Positions 36,880-44,468 are shown, counted from the stretch's first letter. The stretch: DNA of 64,000 bases from Vicinamibacterales bacterium (GCA_036675475.1 JAKFEY010000030.1:23893-87892), one strand, 5' to 3'. Made by a program: numbers and translations. Notes: generated from the sequence alone by a model not told the origin.

Positions 36880-37550
36880 CACGGCTGGGGATTATGGGCG
36901 GGACGTTCGATCCCATCCATGTCGGCCATCTCGACGTGGCCCGCGCCTCTGCCGACGCCCTGCATCTCGACACCGTCGTCCTGCTGCCGTCGCACGTGCC
37001 GCCGCACCGCGGCGCTCCCCGTACCTCACCGCTCCATCGCTTCGCCATGACGGCGCTGGCCGCGCAAACGGACCCGCGGTTTGTTGCCGGCGAAGAGGAG
37101 CTCGAGCGCGAAGGGCCGTCGTTTGCGGCCGACACGCTGCGGGCGTTTGGACGGCAGGGCTGGAAGCCTGAGCAGTTGTTCTTCCTGACGGGCGCCGATG
37201 CGTTTGCCGAAATTGCCACGTGGAGGGAGTATCCGGCGTTGCTGGATCTCGCACATTTCGTTGTTTGCACGCGTCCTGGCCAGCCGGCCGATATGGTCCG
37301 GGGATTGCTCCCTGCCCTTCGGGACCGGATGGTGGACGCAAGCGCGTTTTCAGACGATGGGGGCACGCGGGTGATGCTGCTCGACGCGCGCACCGCGGAC
37401 GTGTCGTCGACCGGGGTGCGTGAAGCCATCGCGAGCGGCGACACGGACATCGCGCTTCGCGGGCTGCTGCCTCCCGCGGTCTTCGATCACATTCGCAGGC
37501 ACCACTTGTACAATGATCCGCCGGCCGTGAAGGGCCGCGCCACCCACTGA
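36876..37550 (+). CDS. nadD: Nicotinate-nucleotide adenylyltransferase
   Basis: GTG at 36876 overlaps the obg stop (GTGA): [19 protein letters not shown]..., plus a later SSTGVR motif. It is in frame inside ORF 36132..37550. An alternative ATG lies at 36894. Confidence 0.88.
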   Translation: MTRLGIMGGTFDPIHVGHLDVARASADALHLDTVVLLPSHVPPHRGAPRTSPLHRFAMTALAAQTDPRFVAGEEELEREGPSFAADTLRAFGRQGWKPEQLFFLTGADAFAEIATWREYPALLDLAHFVVCTRPGQPADMVRGLLPALRDRMVDASAFSDDGGTRVMLLDARTADVSSTGVREAIASGDTDIALRGLLPPAVFDHIRRHHLYNDPPAVKGRATH

Positions 37551-37981
37551 TGGCCAAAACACTCGTTCGCAAAAAGACCGCGTCGAAGCCCCGCGCGCGC
37601 CAGGGCGCCGCGAAAACCGCGAAGCCGAAGTCCCCGCCGCGGATGCCGAAGGCCATCAACGCCGGCATCGCCGCCGCGCTCGACAAGAAGGCCGGCGACG
37701 TCGTGATCATGGACCTGCGCAAGGCGTCGTCGTTCACCGACTTCTTCGTGCTGTGCACGGGGCAGAACATGCGGCAGGTGAAAGCCATTGCCGAAGCCAT
37801 CGAGACGGAGTTGAAGAAGGACGGCCTCAAGCCGAGCCTGGTCGAGGGCTACAACAGGGCGGAGTGGGTGCTGCTCGACTACTTCGACTTCATCTTCCAC
37901 GTCTTCACGCCGTCCACGCGCGAGTTCTATGGTCTCGAGCGCTTATGGGGATCGGCGGAGCGCATCCCGGTCGAGGGGTAG
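37550..37981 (+). CDS. rsfS: Ribosomal silencing factor RsfS (iojap family) with a basic N-terminal extension
   Basis: 143 aa: KKAGDVVIMDLRK.SSFTDFFVLCTGQN.RQVKAIA..I...LK......EGY....WVLLDY.D...H.F....R.FY.LE.LW. Confidence 0.9.
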   Translation: MAKTLVRKKTASKPRARQGAAKTAKPKSPPRMPKAINAGIAAALDKKAGDVVIMDLRKASSFTDFFVLCTGQNMRQVKAIAEAIETELKKDGLKPSLVEGYNRAEWVLLDYFDFIFHVFTPSTREFYGLERLWGSAERIPVEG

Positions 37982-38646
37982 CGCAGGCCTTCAGGCCTGC
38001 GGTCGACGCCCTCCTCGCGCTCGCCCTCGCTCCGGCGTGCGCCTCGTGCGCCTCGATCCTCGAGGCGCCGCTTTCAGGCCCCATCTGCCCAGCCTGCTGG
38101 GCGTCGGTGCCGCCGCTGCCGCTCGCGTGGCACGCGGGCAGCACGCCCGTCGCGTCCGCCGGCGCCTACGACGGCACCCTTCGCAACATCATTCACGCGT
38201 GGAAGTTCGAGCGGCGTCAGGGCCTCGCGCGGCCGCTCGCGCGTCTCGTGCGCGACAGGTGCCCTGAGGCCTTCGAAGGCATTGCGCTGGCCGTGCCGGT
38301 GCCAATCACGCCGTGGCGGCGTTGGCATCGCGGCTTCAATCAGGCGGACGATCTCGCCGCGCACCTCGCGGCACATCTCGGCGTGCCCATCTCGCGCGCA
38401 CTCGCGCGCTGGCGTCCGCGCCCTGCGCAGTCCACGCTCCCCTCTTCCCGCCGCCGCATCAACCTCGAAGCCTCGGTGTTCGTCCCCGCCTGGCGCCGCG
38501 CGTCGCTCCGCGATCGCGTCGTGCTGCTCGTCGACGATGTGGTCACGACCGGCGCGACGATCGACACCTGCGCGCAGGCGCTGCGCGAAGCAGGAGCCGC
38601 GGACGTACGCGCGGTAACGGTGGCCAGGACGCTGCTGAAGCGGTAG
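37945..38646 (+). CDS. comF: ComF-family phosphoribosyltransferase-domain protein
   Basis: It has Zn-finger-like C..C...C..C (CASCASIL...CPACW), then RGFNQADDLA, and a PRT motif VVLLVDDVVTTGATI. The start is uncertain (ATG 37945 overlaps rsfS by 37 nt). Confidence 0.75.
   Translation: MGIGGAHPGRGVAQAFRPAVDALLALALAPACASCASILEAPLSGPICPACWASVPPLPLAWHAGSTPVASAGAYDGTLRNIIHAWKFERRQGLARPLARLVRDRCPEAFEGIALAVPVPITPWRRWHRGFNQADDLAAHLAAHLGVPISRALARWRPRPAQSTLPSSRRRINLEASVFVPAWRRASLRDRVVLLVDDVVTTGATIDTCAQALREAGAADVRAVTVARTLLKR
37983..38000. repeat. REP-like palindrome GCAGGCCTTCAGGCCTGC (copy 1)
   Basis: The 26-nt string gggtagcgcaggccttcaggcctgcg occurs identically at 37976-38001 and 55464-55489. Confidence 0.85.
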
Positions 38647-38652
38647 TGGTGG

Positions 38653-38669
38653 GCAGGCCTTCGGCCTGC
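38653..38669. repeat. REP-like palindrome variant GCAGGCCTTCGGCCTGC (copy 2)
   Basis: Read directly, 6 nt after the comF stop. The 7-bp arms are gcaggcc/ggcctgc. Confidence 0.75.
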
Positions 38670-38710
38670 GAGCTGCCAGTTTTTTTGTATATACGATAGA
38701 CGCGGAGAGC

Positions 38711-38899
38711 ATGCTGACGGTCCCGGACCTCCGGCGAGACTACGGCGAAACGAGGCTCCGCGTCTTTGGGATGATCGACAGCCGGCTCCACGTGGGCGCC
38801 ATCACTCGCCGAGGCGATGTGACGCGGGTGATAAGTCTGCGGCGCGCGAATCGACGCGAACAGAGGACCTATGCGACGAAGACCCAGTCAGCCGGATGA
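38711..38899 (+). pseudogene. brnT: BrnT-family (DUF497) toxin, N-terminally truncated (62 aa versus about 90 aa typical)
   Basis: DLRRDYGETRLRVFGMIDSRLHVGAITRRGDVTRVISLRRANRREQRTY matches the C-terminal two-thirds of BrnT (..E.R....G......L.VV.T.RG...RIISAR.A...E...Y). The N-terminal FEWD..K...N..KHG part is absent. Upstream in-frame sequence is REP-derived. Confidence 0.55.
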
Positions 38900-39206
38900 C
38901 GAAAACCCGGAGTGGACGGCCGAGGACTTTCGTAACGCCCGTCCCCTCAAGGAAGTGCTTCCTGACCTGTATGAGGAACTGCGGCGCTACCAAGGCCAGC
39001 GCGGAGCCCAGAAGACGCCGACCAAGCAGTTAATCAGTCTGCGGATCGATCGGGATGTCGCGGACGGGTTGCGCGCCAGCGGTTCAGGCTGGCAGACGCG
39101 CGCGAACGACGCGTTGCGGGCGTACGCCACGAAGGCAGGGCTGGTGCGCGAGCAGCGGCCCGCGTTCGCGCGCAGGAAGCGCGCTAAAGTCTTGCGCGCG
39201 AAGTAA
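38871..39206 (+). CDS. brnA: BrnA-family antitoxin
   Basis: 111 aa. The DDENPEWTAEDFRNARP motif and ISLRIDRDV...GSGWQTRANDALRAY are characteristic of BrnA. It overlaps brnT by 29 nt. Confidence 0.75.
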   Translation: MRRRPSQPDDENPEWTAEDFRNARPLKEVLPDLYEELRRYQGQRGAQKTPTKQLISLRIDRDVADGLRASGSGWQTRANDALRAYATKAGLVREQRPAFARRKRAKVLRAK

Positions 39207-39236
39207 CTCCGCTCCCCGCCCCTGACCGCTTGCCCG

Positions 39237-39302
39237 CGCTCACCCCGCTCACCCCGCTCACCCCGCTTACCCGTGCCTTACCCGCACTTACCTGCGCTTA
39301 CC
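39237..39302. repeat. Degenerate tandem 9-11-mer array (CGCTCACCC x3, then CGCTTACCC-like x4); the complementary strand is G-quadruplex-capable
   Basis: Read directly: cgctcaccc cgctcaccc cgctcaccc cgcttaccc gtgccttaccc gcacttacc tgcgcttacc. It abuts and overlaps the tmk stop codon (39298-39300). Confidence 0.88.
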
Positions 39303-39900
39303 TGTCTATCCATCCGCGCGAAGTGACGCGGGCGACGATGTCCGCGGTGATCTCGTCCTTTCCGCGCATGCCGTCGACGACTTCCCAGCCCTCCGCCGCC
39401 GCCTGGCGCCGGTAGCTGTCGCGCACGCGCGAGAGCAGCGGCAGGTCGCGCTCGAACTTGTCGCGGCCGTGCGCCTTCCGCCGCACGGCTTCCTCCGGCG
39501 CGATATCCAGCAGAAAGATGGCGGATGGCTCGGGCAGATGGCGCTGCACGTCGCGGAGCCACGCCGCGTCGAGCCCCTGCGCGTCGCCATACGCGATGCT
39601 CGAGGCGCGGTAGCGATCGCACACGACGATGTCGCCGGCGGCAAGCCACTGCTCCATCTGCACGCGATACTCGTGGCGGTTGGCGATGTAGAGCAGCTGC
39701 AGCGTGTCGGGCGCGAAGTCGCGCTGCCCGTCGAGCGCGGCGCGAATCTCGCGGCCGATCGGCGTGTCGTAGTCGGGAAACGACAGCGCGCGCACAGTGC
39801 GGCCCGCGGCGGCAAAGCGCTCGCGCAGCCTCGCGGCCTGGGTTTCCTTGCCGCTCTGATCCAGCCCTTCGAAGGCGATGAGCAGGCCCTGCGGTGTCAC
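39298..39900 (-). CDS. tmk: Thymidylate kinase
   Basis: 200 aa with a P-loop-region variant LIAFEGLDQSGKETQ, then VVCDRY..SS.AY and FLLD. Confidence 0.92.
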   Translation of the reverse strand: MTPQGLLIAFEGLDQSGKETQAARLRERFAAAGRTVRALSFPDYDTPIGREIRAALDGQRDFAPDTLQLLYIANRHEYRVQMEQWLAAGDIVVCDRYRASSIAYGDAQGLDAAWLRDVQRHLPEPSAIFLLDIAPEEAVRRKAHGRDKFERDLPLLSRVRDSYRRQAAAEGWEVVDGMRGKDEITADIVARVTSRGWIDR

Positions 39901-41150
39901 GCCAGCTCCGTCTGCAGCAGGTCGTCGATCGTCTGCCGGCGCCTGATGATGCGCCAGCCATCCTTCTCGACGAGCACTTCCGGCGGAAACGGCCGGCGAT
40001 TGTAGTTCGAGCCCATCACCGATCCATACGCGCCCGCGTCGCGCACGGCGAGCAGGTCGCCGACTTCCACGGGCGTGAGCGCGCGATCCGCGCCAAGCGT
40101 GTCGGTGGTTTCACACACCGGGCCCACGACATCAACGGTGGACGTGGCGCCGGCGCGCGGCGTGACGGCCTGAATCGCGTGATACGCGCCATAGAGCGCC
40201 GGCCGCATCAGCTCCGTCATGCCGGCATCCGCAATCACGAACGCCTTCCCGCCGGGCTGCGGCTTCATGTCGACCACGCGCGTGAGCAGCACGCCTGCCG
40301 GCCCGACGATGACGCGTCCCGGCTCCAGCACCAGACTGCGCCCCGAGGCCTTGATGGCGGGCAGCACGGCGGCCGCATACTCGGCGGCGGTCGGCACGTC
40401 GCCGCCGTCGTACGAAATGCCGAGCCCGCCGCCGACGTCGAGGTGCTCGATCGACACGCCGTCGCCCTCCAGCTCCGCGGCCAGCTGCACCAGCGCTTCC
40501 GCTGCGCGGCGCAGCGGCTCGAGCTTCGTGATCTGCGAGCCGACGTGCACGTGCAGGCCGACGACGTGCAGGCCGTCGCGGCGCGCCATTTCGCGGCACA
40601 TCGCGCGGGCGTCCTCGATGGCGACGCCGAACTTGTTCGTCTTGCGCCCGGTGGAGATGCCGGGATGACTCAGGGCGTCGATGTCGGGATTGATGCGCAC
40701 CGCCACGCGCGCCTTCGTGCCGAGCCGGCGCGCGATCTGATCGATGCGGTCCATCTCGCCGAACGACTCGGCATTGATGGCCTTCAAGCCGACATCGCCC
40801 ATGCCGACGGCGCGCTCGATTTCCGCGGCCGTCTTGCCGACGCCGGTGAACACGATTTCGCCCGGGGCGAACCCGGCCCTGAGCGCGACGTCGATCTCGC
40901 CGCCGGAATTGGCGTCGGCATGCGCCCCGAGCTCGCGCAGCAGGCGCACGACGGCCAGCGTCGAGTTGGCCTTCAGCGCATAGTGGATGGCGTGCGGATG
41001 GCCCGCAAAGGCGGCGTCGAGCTCCTGATAGCGGGCGCGGATGGCCGGCGCGCTGTAGACGTAACAGGGCGTGCCCACCTCACGGGCAATGGCCTCCAGG
41101 GACTGGCCGTCGCAGACGAGCGTGTGTTTGTCGAGGAAAAAACCGTACAA
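39897..41150 (-). CDS. lysA: Diaminopimelate decarboxylase
   Basis: Motifs seen: GTPCYVYS, the PLP-Lys motif YALKANS, GGGLGISY, EPGR.IVG, CETTD and GAYG..M.SNYN. The proposed TTG start at 41150 (MYGFFLDKHTLVCDG) is used because upstream ORF sequence to 41462 overlaps the divergent sigma gene. Confidence 0.88.
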   Translation of the reverse strand: MYGFFLDKHTLVCDGQSLEAIAREVGTPCYVYSAPAIRARYQELDAAFAGHPHAIHYALKANSTLAVVRLLRELGAHADANSGGEIDVALRAGFAPGEIVFTGVGKTAAEIERAVGMGDVGLKAINAESFGEMDRIDQIARRLGTKARVAVRINPDIDALSHPGISTGRKTNKFGVAIEDARAMCREMARRDGLHVVGLHVHVGSQITKLEPLRRAAEALVQLAAELEGDGVSIEHLDVGGGLGISYDGGDVPTAAEYAAAVLPAIKASGRSLVLEPGRVIVGPAGVLLTRVVDMKPQPGGKAFVIADAGMTELMRPALYGAYHAIQAVTPRAGATSTVDVVGPVCETTDTLGADRALTPVEVGDLLAVRDAGAYGSVMGSNYNRRPFPPEVLVEKDGWRIIRRRQTIDDLLQTELA

Positions 41151-41189
41151 GGCCCGAAGATCATACCTTGATATGATTTCCCCTTCGAG

Positions 41190-41786
41190 ATGTCGATTCC
41201 TCCGGTCGTGCGCGATACGGCGACGGACCTGCTCATCGAGCGCTGCCTCACGGGCGATCAGCAGGCCTGGGAGCAGATCGTGCGCCAGCACTGGCGCAAG
41301 GTCTACAACCTCGCCTACAAGTTCGTCGGCAAGCACGACGAGGCCGAGGACCTCGCGCAGGACATCTTCGTCAAGATCTTCAAGGCGCTGAAAACCTTCG
41401 ACCGGCGCGCCAACTTCCAGACGTGGCTGATCAGCATCAGCCGCAACCTGTGCATCGATCACTACCGCAGCGTCCGCAAGGAGCGCGAGACGATGGCGCG
41501 CGACGTCGACGCGTCGGAGCTCTCACCGGTGTCGAAGGAGCGGAGCCCGCTGGCGCTGGCCGAGCACTCCGACCTGCGCGAGCTGCTGCGCAAGGCGCTC
41601 GCCGAGCTGCCCGAGACGCTGCGCACGGCGGTGGTGCTGCGCGATCTGCAGGAGTTCTCGTACCAGGAAATCGCGGACCAGCTGCACCTGCCCGAGGGCA
41701 CGGTGAAGTCGCGCATCAATCGCGGGCGCCTCGAGCTGGCGAGGCAGATCAGGAAACTGCAGGCGGCGATGCCCGGGAATGGATGA
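41190..41786 (+). CDS. ECF-type RNA polymerase sigma factor
   Basis: 198 aa. Region 2 reads AEDLAQDIFVKIFKAL..F......FQTWLISISRNLCIDHYR. Region 4 reads FSYQEIADQLHLPEGTVKSRINRGR. Confidence 0.88.
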   Translation: MSIPPVVRDTATDLLIERCLTGDQQAWEQIVRQHWRKVYNLAYKFVGKHDEAEDLAQDIFVKIFKALKTFDRRANFQTWLISISRNLCIDHYRSVRKERETMARDVDASELSPVSKERSPLALAEHSDLRELLRKALAELPETLRTAVVLRDLQEFSYQEIADQLHLPEGTVKSRINRGRLELARQIRKLQAAMPGNG

Positions 41787-42141
41787 GGACCGAATGAATC
41801 TGAGCACTGAATACGTCGACGGAATTGCGGTGGTGCGGGTGAAGGAGGCGCGGTTGATGTACCCGATCCTCCACGACTTCGCCACGAAGGTCACCGAGCT
41901 GATCGCCGCCGGCGAGAAGAAGATCATGGTCGACCTCGCGCCGGTCGGTTATGTCGACTCCGCCACCATCGGCTGCCTGATGGATCTGTTCCGCCAGGCG
42001 ACCGCCGCGGGCGGCGCGCTGAAACTTGCCGGCGTGCAGAAGCGGGTGGAGACGATGCTCACCATGACCGGCGCGCATCGCTTCATCGAAGTACACGGCG
42101 ACGAGGCGTCTGCCGTCAAAAGCTTCGGGAGCGCCTCATGA
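41779..42141 (+). CDS. STAS-domain protein (anti-sigma-factor antagonist, SpoIIAA-like)
   Basis: 120 aa: GIAVVRVKE.RL........F..KV.ELIAAGEKKIMVDLAPVGYVDSATIGCLMDL......GG.LKLAGVQKRV...L.MTG. An alternative start lies at 41794. Confidence 0.8.
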   Translation: MDEDRMNLSTEYVDGIAVVRVKEARLMYPILHDFATKVTELIAAGEKKIMVDLAPVGYVDSATIGCLMDLFRQATAAGGALKLAGVQKRVETMLTMTGAHRFIEVHGDEASAVKSFGSAS

Positions 42142-42407
42142 GCAGCACGCGCACGATCAAGACCTCGTCCGGCGAAGCCATCGCCCTCGACGGCGATCTG
42201 CTGGCCGTGCTCGAAGCGCTGTACCGCGAAGTGGCCGTGCGCCGCGAGCTCGATCACACCTTCGAGGACGTCTCGAAGGAGATCACGCACATCGTCGATC
42301 AGCTGTCGCCCGAGGAGCTGAAGCAGTATCTGACCGAGAGCCTGTTTCTCAACAGCGTGAGCTACGAGAACCAGAAGCTCGAAGCGTGGGTGAAGAAGCT
42401 GGGCTAG
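42138..42407 (+). CDS. Small acidic helical protein, unknown function
   Basis: 89 aa. An ATGA overlap couples it to the STAS gene. I recognise no family. Confidence 0.5.
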   Translation: MSSTRTIKTSSGEAIALDGDLLAVLEALYREVAVRRELDHTFEDVSKEITHIVDQLSPEELKQYLTESLFLNSVSYENQKLEAWVKKLG

Positions 42408-42416
42408 GATACCGGA

Positions 42417-42629
42417 ATGGCCTCTCCGCCCCGGCACAGGACCATCGACGGCCCCGTCGTCGTATCCCGCCTGACAGATGTTTCGGACGACCGGGAATAT
42501 TGGTGGCGTCAGTCCCCGGACGATCGGCTCGCAGCCATCGAGACCATGCGTCAAACTCTGTACGGTTATGACCCGTCTCCAGGCCGACTTCAGAGAATTC
42601 TTGAACTCGCTCAACGCCCACGGCGTTGA
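42417..42629 (+). CDS. Small conserved-looking hypothetical protein (DREYW / RLQRILE motifs)
   Basis: 70 aa: SDDREYWWRQSPDDRLAAIETMRQTLYGYDPSPGRLQRILELAQRP. From memory, similar small proteins precede minimal nucleotidyltransferase-fold genes. It overlaps the next ORF by 62 nt. Confidence 0.4.
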   Translation: MASPPRHRTIDGPVVVSRLTDVSDDREYWWRQSPDDRLAAIETMRQTLYGYDPSPGRLQRILELAQRPRR

Positions 42630-43029
42630 GTACCTGCTCATTGGCGCGTACGCCGTCGGATACCACGGGTATCCGCGAGCGACCGTGGATCTCGACGTCT
42701 GGGTCGCGAGAAGTCCAGAGAATGCCGCCCGCGTCCTGTCGGCCCTGCAGGCGTTCGGGTTCTCTGATCCCGTCCTGTCCATCGATCTGTTCTTGAAGGC
42801 AGATCAGATCATCCGCATGGGCACGCCTCCCTTCCGCATCGAGATCTCAACGACCATCTCAGGTGTCGACTTCGACACGTGTTATCCGCGCCGCGTTGAC
42901 GCCCGGATCGATGGCGTGCTGGTGCCCGTCATCGACCTGGCGAGCCTTCGCCGCAATAAGAAGGCATCGGGCCGATTCAAGGATCTGAACGATCTGGAGC
43001 ATCTGCCCGAAACAGCCGGTGAGGGTTGA
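42568..43029 (+). CDS. Minimal nucleotidyltransferase-fold protein (MNT/DUF6036-like)
   Basis: ATG at 42568 within ORF 42478..43029: GVEYLLIGAYAVGYHGYPRATVDLDVWV (G-x-n-D-x-D NTase motif). Confidence 0.6.
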   Translation: MTRLQADFREFLNSLNAHGVEYLLIGAYAVGYHGYPRATVDLDVWVARSPENAARVLSALQAFGFSDPVLSIDLFLKADQIIRMGTPPFRIEISTTISGVDFDTCYPRRVDARIDGVLVPVIDLASLRRNKKASGRFKDLNDLEHLPETAGEG

Positions 43030-43150
43030 GGGCTGACTGATCGACGTGGGCGAGTAAATGGCACTGCCTTCAGAAAGGGATCAGAGGCAAGTAGGAGGAG
43101 TCGGCCATCGTGCGTCGCGCGCAGGCACGCGCGCCGATGCTGAAGACATG

Positions 43151-43182
43151 AAAAAGCCCGGCACGCCAGAGGCGCACCGGGC
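43151..43182 (-). terminator. Rho-independent terminator of lpxC
   Basis: The minus strand reads GCCCGGUGCGCC-UCU-GGCGUGCCGGGC (12-bp stem with two G-U pairs) followed by UUUUU, 29 nt after the lpxC stop. Confidence 0.75.
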
Positions 43183-43210
43183 TGGACCGGGGAAAATCAA
43201 CCGGGAAGAA

Positions 43211-44113
43211 TTACGACCGGACGGGCACCGTCGCGCCGACTGGCGCATCCTGCGGCACCAGCGCGTCCGATTCCACCAGACGCCACGCGTCCTGCTCCTC
43301 CAGAATCTTCGACGCAAACGCCGTGTGCAGCGCGTGGCCCGCGCGGTGCGCGACCAGATGGCCGACTACCGGGAAGCCCACGAGCGCCAGGTCGCCGATG
43401 GCGTCGAGAATCTTGTGGCGCACGAACTCGTCCTCGAAGCGCAGCGCGTTGTTGAGCACGCCCGTCTCGCCGAGCACGATGGCGTTGTCGAGCGACCCGC
43501 CGAGCGCGAGCCCCTTCTGCCGCAGCATTTCAACTTCCTTGAGGAAGCCGAACGTGCGCGCCGGCGCGATCTCCTCGACGAACGTCTTCTCGGTGATCGT
43601 CATCGAGCGGCTCTGATGCCGCAGCAGCGGATGATCGAAGCTGATGCTGTAGGTGACCTTGAACTGGTCCGACGGATAGAGCGCGATGCGCTTGTCGCCA
43701 TGCGACAGCGCGATCGGCCGCACCACCTTGAGGTATTTGCGGGGCGTCGTCAGCTCGCGGATGCCGGCGTCCTGCACCAGATACACGAACGGCGCCGCGC
43801 TGCCGTCCATGATCGGCACCTCGGGCGAGTTCAGCTCGATGCAGACGTTGTCGACCTGCAGCGCCGCAAGCGCCGCCAGCAGGTGCTCCACCGTCTCGAC
43901 CGAGCCGGTGCCGCCATTGAGCGCCGTGGCCAGCTCGATGCCGCCAAGATGCGTGATGGTTGCCGGAATCTCCAGCCCCCCCAGGTCGGCCCGCTGAAAG
44001 CGGATGCCGTAATCAGCCGGGGCCGGCTTGAGCGACAGCGTCACTTTGTGGCCGGAATGCAGTCCGATGCCGGCGCACGTGACGGTTCGACGAAGTGTAC
44101 GTTGGGCTGTCAT
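43211..44113 (-). CDS. lpxC: UDP-3-O-acyl-N-acetylglucosamine deacetylase
   Basis: 300 aa containing GIGLHSG, TVEHLLAAL, VPIMDGSA.PF, ARTFGF, GGSLDNAIV and FVRHKILDAIGDL. Confidence 0.95.
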   Translation of the reverse strand: MTAQRTLRRTVTCAGIGLHSGHKVTLSLKPAPADYGIRFQRADLGGLEIPATITHLGGIELATALNGGTGSVETVEHLLAALAALQVDNVCIELNSPEVPIMDGSAAPFVYLVQDAGIRELTTPRKYLKVVRPIALSHGDKRIALYPSDQFKVTYSISFDHPLLRHQSRSMTITEKTFVEEIAPARTFGFLKEVEMLRQKGLALGGSLDNAIVLGETGVLNNALRFEDEFVRHKILDAIGDLALVGFPVVGHLVAHRAGHALHTAFASKILEEQDAWRLVESDALVPQDAPVGATVPVRS

Positions 44114-44278
44114 GCCCTCTCGATTACCACCGGATGATGGCGGTCCCAGGTGGAACCTCCATCCCGTTCTCCGCGGCCGCGCGTGGCCGCCAGAATGCCA
44201 ATCGAATTTTCGGGTCGCTGGGACCGTCTGCGCGAGACGGAACCCGAGGCCTGATTGGCTTGAGCGATTCTAGACGGT

Positions 44279-44294
44279 AGCAAGCGGACTGCCA
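44279..44294 (-). promoter_or_regulatory. Sigma-54-like -24/-12 element (TGGCAG-N5-TTGCT) in the lpxC upstream region
   Basis: The minus strand reads TGGCAGTCCGCTTGCT, with GG and GC separated by exactly 10 nt as in the TGGCAC-N5-TTGCW consensus. It lies about 165 nt upstream of the lpxC ATG. A chance occurrence is plausible. Confidence 0.3.
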
Positions 44295-44468
44295 CGGAAC
44301 AGGTTTCCGAAGGCTTACCGCAAGCCGTGTATCTATAACACGTTACGGGGACCCGTACCACCACATTCTTCAGGGCCGCCCCATCGCTGTGGCCAACTGA
44401 CCACGGACATTCCTGACTGAAGTGTGTCAATTTTACCACGCCCGGCGGCGTGCCCAGGGCCAATTGCA

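Noticed and set aside
39237-39302. Possible CRISPR or tRNA-like element
   Set aside because: The units are 9-11 nt and directly tandem without spacers, and no cloverleaf can be drawn. It was treated as a simple minisatellite with G4 potential.
44114-44468. tmRNA, RNase P RNA, SRP RNA or 6S RNA in the long lpxC-uvrA spacer
   Set aside because: I found no GAGGAAAGUCC-type RNase P motif, no tRNA-like CCA-terminal acceptor or tag ORF, and no SRP domain-IV GGAA/AGCA motif, reading both strands by eye. A novel RNA cannot be excluded, so it is reported only as an unexplained region.
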